Positions 20,430-30,858 of a DNA stretch of 64,000 nt are shown here, piece by piece; position 1 is the first letter of the stretch, and each line of letters begins with the position of its first letter. The DNA comes from a virus (taxonomy: Duplodnaviria > Caudoviricetes), in the IMG/VR virus record IMGVR_UViG_3300033064_000306, positions 937-64,936 of that record. One strand, 5' to 3'. Both the position numbers and the translations under genes were made by a program. Below the pieces are notes generated by a model. That model worked only from the letters and a program-made list of their open reading frames with translations, searched no databases and was not told where the DNA came from.

Positions 20430-23235
20430 CAGGAATGTTTTTAACTAATTCAATTATTGATTCTGTAGCCCCAAAATGGTGGCTCTCTATGTTAAACACG
20501 TACACGTCTACTGGCCCTGACACAATCTTAGTACCTTTAGATAGACGTTTTTTAAGCAATCCTAAATAGGCTTTATCAGTCTCAAGAGCTTTTAATGTGT
20601 CCTTAAGGGTAATCTGCTGGTTGGAACAATAGCCACGTAGTTGCTTAGCATTAATAAACATCTTCTTAGTATCCGGCTCGATGCGAATAAACAGATCATT
20701 AAACTTAGGCTCAACCAAAGGCAGCTGCTCCATGCCTGACCTAGCGTCGGCTTCGTTGTTAATTACCAACACGGCGGCACGGTGCTCATTTAAGAACTCA
20801 TTAATTACACTAGCAGTTGTAGTTGTAGAAGGAGCTTTAATATCGTTACGCATTATTTCAACTTCTTTAACAATCCAGTCATAGACTCGTTTAACGTTAA
20901 AATTAATAATGCCTAAGTCCTTAGCAATAAGCGCACCAGCAATGTTACATGCAATAATTGCCGACCAAAACCGCTCCCTGCTCGTCAAGCCAATAGCTTT
21001 ATCTAGCTTCTGCTGTACCTGCATAACTAAATCAAGGCATGACTCTAGGTCACTAACTAAGTATTTAGCATACTCAACTCCAGCATGACCGTAGTGTTTG
21101 TAAAGCTTGTTAAATATTTCATCGGCTTCTTCTTTAGATAGGTTGCCTGTCAAGTCAATCTTGTACTCCAGCAGACGCATAAACTCACCGTCAGGGGTAG
21201 CTTTTAATGAAGATAGCTTGTCATAAAATGAAGCGTTTGAGCTGCATAGAGCCATTGTGGCCCATTTAGTATTATTAGCACGCTCAGCATTCTCGTGTTG
21301 TTTCATGCGGTTCTTGCCACGACCTTGCGAAATACTATATGCTAAGTCAGAGAAGTGGTCACCTGATAATTTTGTAATCTCGTCAATAGTCACAGGTAGG
21401 TTGTTCATTACTCCAAGACGATGGATCATAGAGTTCATTGTATCTTTCCATTGCAGCATTAGTTCTTCGGGATGACCCCATACGCTATTGCACATCTTTA
21501 AAATAGTAGATTTACCTGTGCCTGACGTGTTGTTAATGAGGTTGATAATTGCACCCTTAAGGTTCAGATGCTTAAGTAATGGTGCGCCAAACGCAGTAAA
21601 GAAACCAAAAGCATGAGGTTCAAATCCTGGCTGGTCATAAACTTTAATTGTATCTTTCCATTCTTGAAAATTGCCAGTTGGCTTAAGCCATTCAGCTAAT
21701 GATCCAGTAGCAACAGAAGGTGGGCTATACATAACTTTATCTGCTGATATTTCTTGCTCCCCAATAATGAACTTTTTGTTATCCTCTGTCCAACCAAATT
21801 GTGTACGCATTACTTCTACCTCCGATATATGTTGTAAGTTTTTAGCCGACGAGATTATGTAACCCATGATCGACTCCATTTGTTTTTTGTTACCCATTAC
21901 CCCGTGGTAACCAAGCTTGTCACGTAGCTTGTCAATAGCCATTACATCTGTAGCTGGCATAGAGAACTCACGCATACCGTCCCTAGGTAAATGCAAACGC
22001 ATCCAAATTGATTCGCCTTTAGCAGGATCATGCAGACGTTTGACGATATACAAGTCATGCTCATAGATGTTTACCGCATCTTTGCCGCCATCTTCATCTT
22101 TTACTTCAATGTAGACGCCACCTGTTTTGCCACGGAAGTAAGGAAAAGGGTACGGTGGAATGTCGAAAGTTTCTTCAACCCCCTCGTCCGTACTTTCGAT
22201 GACCACATTAGTCTCCGCCACAGCAATCTCAGTCCCAAGCTGTATCGGCGACGATATCTTCCCTTTGTTTGGGCATTCACTACATCCCGAAGGATTAAGT
22301 TTTTGAAAGGTTTCGCACGTGTACGGGCCCTTCGTTTGGTTGGCTTTTCTCTCCGTTGTTGTTGGGTCGTATTCCGGGTGATGTGACGATATTTTATGAA
22401 TCGCTTCATCTTTGTCTACGCAAGCCGCTGCAACTGATAGCCCTGCTCTCCATAGTGGTTCCTCAATAGTGTCTTGTTCTGTAGCTATTTTTGCTAGTTG
22501 TGCACACCCCGTACCATTCATGGTTTTAATCATGATGGTTTTAAAACGGCTTTGCTTGTTACCCATTAATGCACGGGTCATCTCATTTAACTGACGAGGC
22601 ATCCAATCAGGTGCAATTAATACACCTATCTTTTGCTTAATGAACTCGTAATCAATTTCAGGTTGAATAGCTAGGATTGTTACATCAAGCGGTGGCTCAT
22701 CTTTAAAGTTAAGGGTTTCGGGTACACGCAGAATAGATGCATTGTCAGCAGTACGTGATGGGTCAGCATCAAACTCATGCTCTTCGCATAATGCTTTAAG
22801 ACGTTCAGCTACGGGCTTCCATTCAGCACGATTAATTTGATTAGCCAAGCGCCAATAAGCATGTATACCACGTCCGCTATTAACAATAGTAGGCAAAGGC
22901 AAGCAAACGTTTTTACAAAATGTTCTGAGAGCAGCCAACCCATCAACTTGTGTAGCATAAGGTTTTCCTAATCCACAATCAACGTCAATCCAAAACGACT
23001 TAATTAAATCGCCATTCTTTTGTATCCGACCCTTTGCTGGGTCTATGTATTTAGCACAAGCAAAGTACACATTGTGCTTAGCCTGTAATAGCTCATCTAT
23101 TTTTGTAGCTACGTCCGCCAGCGTTTGGTGAAACGTTTGCTTTGGGCGAGAGTCATCCTGCGGTAAGCCGACAATGCAGTAATAGCCTTCCCCTTCGGGC
23201 GGAAGCACCGATTCTAGTAAGTCTGTAGTAGCCAC
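20404..23235 (-). CDS. Primase-helicase (primase N-terminus, DUF927-type P-loop ATPase)
   Basis: WIDVD and SGRGIHAYW primase-like motifs; Cys cluster; Walker A SGTGKST; Walker B TIDE. Confidence 0.8.
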   Translation of the reverse strand: MATTDLLESVLPPEGEGYYCIVGLPQDDSRPKQTFHQTLADVATKIDELLQAKHNVYFACAKYIDPAKGRIQKNGDLIKSFWIDVDCGLGKPYATQVDGLAALRTFCKNVCLPLPTIVNSGRGIHAYWRLANQINRAEWKPVAERLKALCEEHEFDADPSRTADNASILRVPETLNFKDEPPLDVTILAIQPEIDYEFIKQKIGVLIAPDWMPRQLNEMTRALMGNKQSRFKTIMIKTMNGTGCAQLAKIATEQDTIEEPLWRAGLSVAAACVDKDEAIHKISSHHPEYDPTTTERKANQTKGPYTCETFQKLNPSGCSECPNKGKISSPIQLGTEIAVAETNVVIESTDEGVEETFDIPPYPFPYFRGKTGGVYIEVKDEDGGKDAVNIYEHDLYIVKRLHDPAKGESIWMRLHLPRDGMREFSMPATDVMAIDKLRDKLGYHGVMGNKKQMESIMGYIISSAKNLQHISEVEVMRTQFGWTEDNKKFIIGEQEISADKVMYSPPSVATGSLAEWLKPTGNFQEWKDTIKVYDQPGFEPHAFGFFTAFGAPLLKHLNLKGAIINLINNTSGTGKSTILKMCNSVWGHPEELMLQWKDTMNSMIHRLGVMNNLPVTIDEITKLSGDHFSDLAYSISQGRGKNRMKQHENAERANNTKWATMALCSSNASFYDKLSSLKATPDGEFMRLLEYKIDLTGNLSKEEADEIFNKLYKHYGHAGVEYAKYLVSDLESCLDLVMQVQQKLDKAIGLTSRERFWSAIIACNIAGALIAKDLGIINFNVKRVYDWIVKEVEIMRNDIKAPSTTTTASVINEFLNEHRAAVLVINNEADARSGMEQLPLVEPKFNDLFIRIEPDTKKMFINAKQLRGYCSNQQITLKDTLKALETDKAYLGLLKKRLSKGTKIVSGPVDVYVFNIESHHFGATESIIELVKNIPDVDPRAKL

Positions 23236-23236
23236 G

Positions 23237-23464
23237 TTAGCCTTTAAGTAGCTTTGTTATTTGTTCGGCTTTATCTTTATGTGGTGTTGAGGCGGCAGTA
23301 AACCACGAATATACCGTCATCCGTGACACAGAAAAATGCTCTGATATCTTAGACACAGGTATATCCTTGGCAATACAATATTTACCAAGCCGCACCCCAA
23401 TATGCTTAGGATCAGCGGCTCGGATAGCTTCAACAAGACGAAAGCTATAACCCCTTAAACTCAT
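23237..23464 (-). CDS. Cro-like HTH protein
   Basis: VSKISEHFSVSRMTVYSWF helix-turn-helix. Confidence 0.7.
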   Translation of the reverse strand: MSLRGYSFRLVEAIRAADPKHIGVRLGKYCIAKDIPVSKISEHFSVSRMTVYSWFTAASTPHKDKAEQITKLLKG

Positions 23465-24351
23465 GCTTCGTCGTCAGTAGACCAGTCGCCCATGACAGAT
23501 TTCAAGTCACGTTTTTGCGTTGGTTCAGCTTTCTTATCGACACGTTTAGTTGGTTCAGCTACTTCTACACTACCTACTTCAGCTTTAGCGGGTGCTGGCG
23601 CTGGTGCAGCTAACTTCTTAACTCCATCAGATTGAGCTACAGTCATGGTAATAGCGTTCTTAGCTGCGGCAGTATCACCTTGCTTAACTGCTAATTCCCA
23701 CTCAGGCTTTTCAAGGAAACGAACTGGACGGAAGAACAACTTACCAACAGTTGAATCCCCATCAAAGCGCATCTCAGTAACCAATGTATTTAAGTTGTAG
23801 CCTTGTGTGCCAACGTACTTAGCGTACTGGTTAAATGGCATGTGCTCTAAATCACCAGGGTGCTTCATATCGTAAAACACTGACTTAGATTGCAATGTCA
23901 TTTGATAGACGTCACCTTCTAAATCACTAGCTAATGCAACAGCAATACGGCGGTTCTTACGGCAGGCTTTTGTTTCGCCTTGGCCTGATCCAGCGATGTC
24001 CTGTGGGCAACCAATACATGAATGGCTTTGTGGCTTTTCAATAGTGGCATCAGGCTTCTCACCATCATTAGACCAGCAATCAGGTGGGGCTACATCACCT
24101 TTAGGGTCCCATGCTTTTGCATAGAATGTACGTGAAATATGTTTAGATGCGTTAACGATAACAACTTCTAACTTATCTGTGTTGGTCTTGGAAATCTCGG
24201 CTCCATTAACTTTCAATACAAACTTGTTATTACCAAGTGCAATGCGCTTAGTACTGTTGTTACCACCCGATAGGGCTTTTGTTACATCATCAAGCTGAAC
24301 CTCTTTGAGGTAATCAGGTAGTTGGTTGTTGAACATTGCGACGTTACTCAT
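23461..24351 (-). CDS. Putative single-stranded DNA-binding/annealing protein
   Basis: Replication-module position, Cys motif, flexible acidic C-terminus (WSTDDEA). Confidence 0.45.
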   Translation of the reverse strand: MSNVAMFNNQLPDYLKEVQLDDVTKALSGGNNSTKRIALGNNKFVLKVNGAEISKTNTDKLEVVIVNASKHISRTFYAKAWDPKGDVAPPDCWSNDGEKPDATIEKPQSHSCIGCPQDIAGSGQGETKACRKNRRIAVALASDLEGDVYQMTLQSKSVFYDMKHPGDLEHMPFNQYAKYVGTQGYNLNTLVTEMRFDGDSTVGKLFFRPVRFLEKPEWELAVKQGDTAAAKNAITMTVAQSDGVKKLAAPAPAPAKAEVGSVEVAEPTKRVDKKAEPTQKRDLKSVMGDWSTDDEA

Positions 24352-24770
24352 TTGCTTCTCCTTACGGTAATTGCGTATGCGCTATCCACATTTAGGCCGG
24401 CTGGATGCAAGTCCGGATTCTCCTCCAAAAACTGCTTCATATTGGATTGTTGAATTCTTTTCTCTAGTAACTGAGGGGCATTATGGTCGAACATAAACTC
24501 ATAGAAGCGTTCCCAATCATTAGTTGTATATCGATTCCTGACGGTGCGAATAGCTGTGCCGTGAGCAGTTTTAATACTGTCGGCTCCAGTTTGTTTGCAC
24601 AATTCAAGTATTTGTTGTGAGATCACATCAAGCTGTTCGTTTAGATCGGCTTCTTTAGCCTCTAGCTCTTTGCGTACTACATCACGTGCGTCACGTATTT
24701 TAATATAGACTGAAACTAGCTTATCTATATTGACGACGGGTTGTTCTACCACTGCGGTATCGTTTGTCAT
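24348..24770 (-). CDS. Hypothetical coiled-coil replication-module protein
   Basis: AAGGA RBS and upstream promoter candidate. Confidence 0.55.
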   Translation of the reverse strand: MTNDTAVVEQPVVNIDKLVSVYIKIRDARDVVRKELEAKEADLNEQLDVISQQILELCKQTGADSIKTAHGTAIRTVRNRYTTNDWERFYEFMFDHNAPQLLEKRIQQSNMKQFLEENPDLHPAGLNVDSAYAITVRRSK

Positions 24771-24812
24771 ACATTTCCTTTTAAGTGAACTCAGGTCTAT
24801 GCCTGTTAATTA

Positions 24813-24840
24813 ATACTACCACACTTCTTTACTCTGTCAA
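24813..24840 (-). promoter_or_regulatory. Sigma70-like promoter
   Basis: TTGACA-N16-TAGTAT upstream of 24770. Confidence 0.5.
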
Positions 24841-26396
24841 GTGCTTTCTTTAACTTCTTGCTTGTACAGGTCAATTATTTTTGTGTGTATAGCAAGTTTA
24901 TTTTGCAGCAATTGGTACAGCCTTGTCTCTACGGGACTACCCTTAATATGCACTACAGTCATAGTGTTTTTTTGCCCTTGCCTATCAATACGTGCATTAG
25001 CTTGCAAGTAAGTCTCTATAGATGTTACTGGAGCGTACCAAATGATTACGTTAGCTGCGGTTAGTGTGATACCGTGTGCGGCTGCTTGAGGCTGGATGAT
25101 AAGCACAGTTGGGTTGGTATCTTCCTGGAACTTTTTAAATATTTCCGTACGTTTATTTACTGGCACTGCACCATTAATTACTTCACATGTAATACCTTTG
25201 CTTTTTAAATAGGTATTTAATAATTCTATCGTGTGAGTAAATGGTACAAAGACGAGAACTTTGTGGCTAGCTTCTTCAATAACCTCTTCAACAACTCGTA
25301 ACCGATTAGAAACATCGAATTCAACAACAGCACCAGTATCAGAATACACAGCACCACCACTAATTTGCAGAAGTTTATTAAGATTAACAGCAGCATTGAC
25401 AGTTGAGACTTCTTCTCCAGCAGCGACCATGAGCATCTCTTTCTTGAGTAGCTTGTAGTATTTTTCCTGTTGCGCAGTAAGGGGGGCGTCCCTTGAAACA
25501 TAAGTAATCTCCGGTAGATCAAGGCAATCTTCTTTTCTATATCGTATTGCTGGTTGCAGTGCGGCAAATACTGTTTGGTTAGCATCAGGTCTTGGCATCC
25601 ATTTAAACTTGGTGATGTTCACCATAGTCTGATCTCTAAAGCTACCAAAGAATCTAGGTACGTTTTGGGGTACGGTTAGCTTAGCTAAACCAAAAGCATC
25701 TGTAGGACTTTGTGCGGCTGGTGTGCCTGTCATCATCCATAACCATGTACGAGGGGTAAGGATTTTATTCATGGTTTTCCAGCGCTTTGTGGTAACCGTT
25801 TTATATGCGTTAGCTTCATCAATAATGATGAGGTCAAAGTTATTACGTAGGATATCTTCGGCTACTATCTCTACCCCGTCATAGTTAATAATGACAAACT
25901 CGGCATCACTATCAATAACTGCTTTACGTTTAGTGCGGTCCCCGTAAGCTATGCCAACCTTGCGGTGCATAGTAAATTTAAACAAGTCGGCTTGCCATGC
26001 AGATTGCATGATAGATAGGGGGCAGATAATCAAGGCACGTAGTATCTTCTTTTGATTCATTAGGTAATCAGCCGCCCAAATTGCTGAGGCAGTTTTACCT
26101 GTACCCTGTTCGTTAAAACAAAATGAACGCTTATTTAATGTAAGAAAGTTAGCCGTGTCCTTTTGATGTTCCATCGGCTTAAACAACCCAGGCCAACTGT
26201 AATCACGCTGGATAGGAGATGGTACGTTTTTAACTTTTAATTGGTTAAGTGCTTGGGCTTCTTCCAACCCCCAATAAACGGCAACTTTATGTACGTCACC
26301 GTTGGTCTCAATAATCTTACTTTTTTTAATGCACTCAGTTACAAGCTGTGGTCTGCGAGTATTTATTAAAAGTACTTGGTTATCTAGTATTTCCAT
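24837..26396 (-). CDS. SNF2-family helicase
   Basis: QGTGKT, IIDEAN, MTGTP, QANARIDRQGQ. Confidence 0.9.
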   Translation of the reverse strand: MEILDNQVLLINTRRPQLVTECIKKSKIIETNGDVHKVAVYWGLEEAQALNQLKVKNVPSPIQRDYSWPGLFKPMEHQKDTANFLTLNKRSFCFNEQGTGKTASAIWAADYLMNQKKILRALIICPLSIMQSAWQADLFKFTMHRKVGIAYGDRTKRKAVIDSDAEFVIINYDGVEIVAEDILRNNFDLIIIDEANAYKTVTTKRWKTMNKILTPRTWLWMMTGTPAAQSPTDAFGLAKLTVPQNVPRFFGSFRDQTMVNITKFKWMPRPDANQTVFAALQPAIRYRKEDCLDLPEITYVSRDAPLTAQQEKYYKLLKKEMLMVAAGEEVSTVNAAVNLNKLLQISGGAVYSDTGAVVEFDVSNRLRVVEEVIEEASHKVLVFVPFTHTIELLNTYLKSKGITCEVINGAVPVNKRTEIFKKFQEDTNPTVLIIQPQAAAHGITLTAANVIIWYAPVTSIETYLQANARIDRQGQKNTMTVVHIKGSPVETRLYQLLQNKLAIHTKIIDLYKQEVKEST

Positions 26397-26724
26397 TTTT
26401 AGTTTTTGGCTTTGGCTTCGGTTTGGCTTTATTTATTTTTACGGTATGGTCTGAGTTGCGGCTGAAAGATCTATTTTGATGTTTTGTTTCAATTTTTAAG
26501 TTCTTAGCTGAGTTAGTACCACCTTTGGATAAAGGCTTAACATGTTCAATATCTTTACCCTCACGAATCTCTGCAGTACGGTCTGAATCTTTTGGGTCAT
26601 CATAGTGTTTTTTATCAATTGTGTAGCGTGCTCTTGCTCTAGCATTGCGTGTGGGTTGTTCACCCCTAGCTTTTTGCTGTTCATATTCTTTCTTGTACGG
26701 TCTTGGTTTGTTCACATAAGGCAT
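26380..26724 (-). CDS. HNH endonuclease
   Basis: DIEHVKPLSKGGTNSAKNL...N. Confidence 0.75.
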   Translation of the reverse strand: MPYVNKPRPYKKEYEQQKARGEQPTRNARARARYTIDKKHYDDPKDSDRTAEIREGKDIEHVKPLSKGGTNSAKNLKIETKHQNRSFSRNSDHTVKINKAKPKPKPKTKNGNTR

Positions 26725-26881
26725 ATTTATCCTCTTCTTTCCTGTAAAAATAGACGGTTCCGTCCCCTAATACCACGTATTTTGGCATGTTTTCGGGGTC
26801 AGTTCCAGTCAATTCTTTGAGGAGTTTATCCATCTCATCCTCAATATCTACCCAACCAACAAAAGGAATAGGTTCTATCAT
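26681..26881 (-). CDS. Hypothetical protein
   Basis: ATGA-coupled ORF. Confidence 0.45.
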   Translation of the reverse strand: MIEPIPFVGWVDIEDEMDKLLKELTGTDPENMPKYVVLGDGTVYFYRKEEDKYALCEQTKTVQERI

Positions 26882-27648
26882 GCTGATCTAGGTAGTTGTC
26901 CGCTAAATGTGTATGTACCTGTGTGACCAAAAGCTGCCCAAGGTGCGGCATAAACTTTAAACCCTGCTTCACGAGCGATCTTACAAAAGTGGTAATCCTC
27001 AGATAGCAAACGGTTAGATTCTTCATCGATGCTTGTAGCAAAGAACTCTTTAATAATCTTTACCTTACGCACTACATCTACTGCATGGTACATATCGTTG
27101 GTATAGCTAGGTACTTTATCAGCCAGCTTATCAAATACACTACGCTTAATTAGCATAAACCCTGTACCACCATTAGCAATCTCCATCGGCTCCATAATTG
27201 GACCACTCGCTGTATGCGTATTGCTTGGTAGGTTTACTACAAAGGCGCCTGTATAATTACTTAGTTCTGCTGGCGGTATGCCACGTTTAACTGCCGCCTC
27301 TACTTCTACCCAGTTAATTTCTTTCTTAGGATATAGACCACAGATAATATCTTTGTTTGCTTTAACCATCATTGGAATATCATTAGGGTTAAAGCTAATG
27401 TCGGCATCAATAAACATTAGGTGAGTTGCATCAGACTCAAGGAAGTCGTAAGCCATGCTGTTACGGGCACGGGTAATCAATGACTCATTCATCATAAACG
27501 AGTAGTACATCTGTATATTGTTGGCTCCGCAAGCACCCACTAACTGCATTACACCTGACGCATACAAACCTGTGCACATACCGCCGTACATTGGTGTAGC
27601 TACAAATAATTTAGTTTGGGTTGGGGTGATTTGAATTACATCGTTCAT
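26878..27648 (-). CDS. GT-A fold glycosyltransferase-like protein
   Basis: VATPMYGG, FIDADI (DxD), GTGFMLI, LSEDYHFC. Confidence 0.75.
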   Translation of the reverse strand: MNDVIQITPTQTKLFVATPMYGGMCTGLYASGVMQLVGACGANNIQMYYSFMMNESLITRARNSMAYDFLESDATHLMFIDADISFNPNDIPMMVKANKDIICGLYPKKEINWVEVEAAVKRGIPPAELSNYTGAFVVNLPSNTHTASGPIMEPMEIANGGTGFMLIKRSVFDKLADKVPSYTNDMYHAVDVVRKVKIIKEFFATSIDEESNRLLSEDYHFCKIAREAGFKVYAAPWAAFGHTGTYTFSGQLPRSA

Positions 27649-28337
27649 TTATTTCTCCATGGTAAGTTTACATATGCTTTTTTCATTACTTCATTTCCTT
27701 CTTCAAACATTTTTAACAAACGGTCTGGTGCTGTGTAGTTAACTGTGGCTTCTCCTGTACAACCGAAGCTAGGCAGGGCTTTAGCAATTTCTTTGTAGAA
27801 CATTCTGTCAGCGCCCCATTGCCCGTAGAAAGCATGAGCAATATTGACCAAATACTCACGCTTAAAGCAATAACAGTTAGTGTCAACAAAGTTAAGAGTA
27901 TTATCATAAAACGTCGGGTATCTACCGAGTGCCTCGCAATCATCATCGCAAACATATTGTCCTCGTTCATCGTATATTTTCCTTAAAGAATGAGCCCACA
28001 TTAAATCTTTGCTTTTTATTTTATTGATCATGGTTTCTACATGGTTTGACTCGAACCAATTGTCCTCATCTAGAAATAAGATGTAATCGGCATTTACCAT
28101 TAGCGGTATAGCGGCATATACTCGGTGTCCATACCAGCCGTTACCTCCTACATTTTCAGGCAGAGTTATTTTTCTTCTTTGCCTGTCGCCATACTCTGTT
28201 TCAAAGATGTGTATGTTGGTTAGCTTGCCATCCTCAACAATCAGATGCTCGGTTGGAATCGTTTGGTCTTGCACACTTTCCATAGCACGATTAACCGTAT
28301 CTTTCCCAGTAGTCGGAGTGATTACCATTACTCGCAT
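27645..28337 (-). CDS. Family 2 glycosyltransferase
   Basis: VITPT...SVQDQT...IVEDG; FLDEDNW (DxD). Confidence 0.8.
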   Translation of the reverse strand: MRVMVITPTTGKDTVNRAMESVQDQTIPTEHLIVEDGKLTNIHIFETEYGDRQRRKITLPENVGGNGWYGHRVYAAIPLMVNADYILFLDEDNWFESNHVETMINKIKSKDLMWAHSLRKIYDERGQYVCDDDCEALGRYPTFYDNTLNFVDTNCYCFKREYLVNIAHAFYGQWGADRMFYKEIAKALPSFGCTGEATVNYTAPDRLLKMFEEGNEVMKKAYVNLPWRNK

Positions 28338-28428
28338 GTTTTACCCTTTCCAACGTAGCCATACATAATACTCAACGGAAACCAGCGTTTAACTACAAAA
28401 ATGTAGCGAACCCCAAATATCTTTACTC

Positions 28429-28590
28429 TCATACGTTACTAATCTCCCTTTCTTTAATCATGGCATCGGCTATCTCGTACGCACGGGCTACTGCTACTTC
28501 ATCCCAGCTTTTAAACGACGTATCAAACTTCCAATCGCCAGCGCAAATACCAGCCATAGCTCTTGCCGCAAATTCATCTCTTAAGTTCAT
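28429..28590 (-). CDS. Small hypothetical protein (LRDEFAARAM...AYEIADAM), not in the ORF track
   Basis: 53-aa ORF read by hand; ATGA-coupled; paralog of 32071-32268. Confidence 0.6.
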   Translation of the reverse strand: MNLRDEFAARAMAGICAGDWKFDTSFKSWDEVAVARAYEIADAMIKEREISNV

Positions 28591-29456
28591 ATAGTTACCT
28601 CCCGCACGTTTTCACAGGATTTACAAATACTGCATTTAGAATACTCAGGGGTTTCGTTAATGGCGATCAAATCCAGTAAGGGTTTACCCTGCATTACTTC
28701 GTCATAGGTTTGAGTGAGAAAATTTCCAATGACATGTTTAAGGTCATAGTCCATACAACATAAAACCACAGAGCCATCAGGAAGAAGAACATTCCGATCA
28801 TAGAAGGGTGTTGACCTACAAGTTAGAGAGAACTTATTATGCGGGGTCAGGCTGATTGCCTGCCCTTTAATCTGCTCCACATTAAGGCTATCTGCCCTAG
28901 TGTGACCCACCCATCCGGCTAACTGCCCCACAATAGGCTGTAAATCAGGATGCACAATGCCTGACTTATCCATAGTCATTGCACCTACTCTGCAAGGAAC
29001 ATTTAACGTAGACATTACTTGTAGGGCTTTCATCCATTCTTCGCTATTCTTCCAGCCTTTCATATTGCCGTTGGCATCAGGTAGATGGAGCATAACTACT
29101 TCGACTTGGTTAGGGTGATCTTCAAGTACTTTCTTTACCTTCTCAGGATCAGTCATACCATACAGGGTCGTGTATATAGCAACGCTATATCCCATATACA
29201 AAACTTCTTCTAGCATTGCCGTACAGTCAGGGTTAGCCCAAGGTTCTGACATACCTGAGAAATCGATGCGTGTATCTCTTGGTAGTTTGACCAGCATTTT
29301 TGTTAAGTCAGTTTGACTCATATACTTGGTGCCTTCGCCATAGCTATCTCGTAAGTTATCTTGTGGACAAAACGAGCACATCAAGGGGCAACCTATCATG
29401 GTAGTCAATTCCATAACAGGTCCATCGTGGTGGGTTATTCCATACTTCTCTCTCAT
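28587..29456 (-). CDS. Radical SAM protein with SPASM/twitch-like C-terminus
   Basis: CPLMCSFC (CxxxCxxC); C-terminal C...CC...CSICKSC. Confidence 0.85.
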   Translation of the reverse strand: MREKYGITHHDGPVMELTTMIGCPLMCSFCPQDNLRDSYGEGTKYMSQTDLTKMLVKLPRDTRIDFSGMSEPWANPDCTAMLEEVLYMGYSVAIYTTLYGMTDPEKVKKVLEDHPNQVEVVMLHLPDANGNMKGWKNSEEWMKALQVMSTLNVPCRVGAMTMDKSGIVHPDLQPIVGQLAGWVGHTRADSLNVEQIKGQAISLTPHNKFSLTCRSTPFYDRNVLLPDGSVVLCCMDYDLKHVIGNFLTQTYDEVMQGKPLLDLIAINETPEYSKCSICKSCENVREVTI

Positions 29457-29674
29457 TTTTCTTGTGCCTTTTTATTAAATTCTTTTACTTCTTTCCACCA
29501 TTCGGCTGAATATTTTGCTGGCTTTATTTCTTGTATTTTCATAGCCTTGTTAAACTTGTCTTTCCAATATTCAATTTCTTCTTGTTGCTTGCGTAGCATG
29601 GCTTGTGCTTGAGTTCCCCAATCGTGTGGCTCACCATATGTATTAAATACATCAGCTAGTTCATTTGCGTTCAT
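29453..29674 (-). CDS. Small hypothetical protein (MNANE...KAQEK)
   Basis: Likely start 29674; shares start and end motifs with 29762-30139. Confidence 0.5.
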   Translation of the reverse strand: MNANELADVFNTYGEPHDWGTQAQAMLRKQQEEIEYWKDKFNKAMKIQEIKPAKYSAEWWKEVKEFNKKAQEK

Positions 29675-29761
29675 TCTTGTGCCTTTCTTAGTATTAAAGA
29701 ATAAGTAATCCAAGTAGCCAGCCACAAGCAAAGCCAGCAATAAATAAATAATATTCAGGTT

Positions 29762-30139
29762 TCATTTCTCTTGTGCCTTTTCTTCAATAGCCCATAATAT
29801 TTCGTTGCAAGCATCTATCCAACCATCTGCATAAGTATCTTCATAAGATTTACATGGTGGAACATCATCGCTTTGAAAGTCTTTGATAATCTTGATGGCT
29901 TCTGTTAGTGTCTTTGTTTTTAATTTTTCAATCTCTTCACGCATCGTACCAATTACATAATCTGCGTTATCTAATAAAGCATCTACCTCTGATTTTGATG
30001 GTTTATATGGATGGGTGTAGAGTGGCATGGTAATTCCCATGTTATCCACTTTATTTTCTGAAACGCAATCGGCTAAATACAATGCCTCATCTTTGAATCT
30101 ATCCAAGTTAATCCACGCTACTGGTTCATTTGCGTTCAT
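29762..30139 (-). CDS. Small hypothetical protein (MNANE...KAQEK)
   Basis: ATGA overlap with the methyltransferase stop. Confidence 0.55.
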   Translation of the reverse strand: MNANEPVAWINLDRFKDEALYLADCVSENKVDNMGITMPLYTHPYKPSKSEVDALLDNADYVIGTMREEIEKLKTKTLTEAIKIIKDFQSDDVPPCKSYEDTYADGWIDACNEILWAIEEKAQEK

Positions 30140-30858
30140 TTGTACCATCCTTCGGGCATATGACGATCAGGTTTATCTAATACGTTTGGTTGATCTAATG
30201 GGTGTGGTAACTCATCAGCAAACCCTTCAGCATCAGCCCTATCTTTGCGCAACAACGTCAGTTCAAATACGCTGGGGAAAAAGACTTCATCGTACTGGAT
30301 GAATGGGCAGTTGTTGTTAGGATGGATATGAACTACATGAAAATCTTCCAACAACTTTGCAAAGAAAGTCTGCACCAAACCAAAAGCTATTGGATGAAAC
30401 CAATGTTGGGTATTGTGAACTTCAATAGCTATGATGCGAAATCTGTTTAAAGTATTGCGATCAGCAGCCAATATTGTTTCATATTCAGCGCCTTCAATAT
30501 CCATCTGCAGAATATAGCTGTCCATAAAGGCATGATGATCCGACATCCAGCTAATCAAAGTCATAGTTTGGTCAGTGTACAAACCACTTAAATGCTTTTT
30601 AGTAAATGAGGATACCTCTAATCCTTTTGGCACACCATCCACAGAGCCATCAGCCAAGTGTGAACGGATGCCACGGTTAAGTAAGTCTTGTTCAAAGCTG
30701 GCTGTAACATCAACACCTGGGGAGAAGCAGGCTGTAATGCCTTCTAAATCGTCAGGAAGCAGGTAACCACCATCGTTAGCGCCACCAACACGGATCAAGT
30801 TATACTTGGTCTTAACAGGGCGTAGCGATTTAATTATGGATTTTAATTTATCTTTCAT
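30136..30858 (-). CDS. FkbM-like SAM-dependent methyltransferase
   Basis: RVGGANDGGY, LQMDIEGAEY, IEVH, HIHPNN. Confidence 0.8.
   Translation of the reverse strand: MKDKLKSIIKSLRPVKTKYNLIRVGGANDGGYLLPDDLEGITACFSPGVDVTASFEQDLLNRGIRSHLADGSVDGVPKGLEVSSFTKKHLSGLYTDQTMTLISWMSDHHAFMDSYILQMDIEGAEYETILAADRNTLNRFRIIAIEVHNTQHWFHPIAFGLVQTFFAKLLEDFHVVHIHPNNNCPFIQYDEVFFPSVFELTLLRKDRADAEGFADELPHPLDQPNVLDKPDRHMPEGWYK

Noticed and set aside
30136-30858. Methyltransferase as the CCWGG DNA methylase
   Set aside because: FkbM-like motifs only; lacks C5-MTase PC/ENV and amino-MTase DPPY/NPPY motifs.
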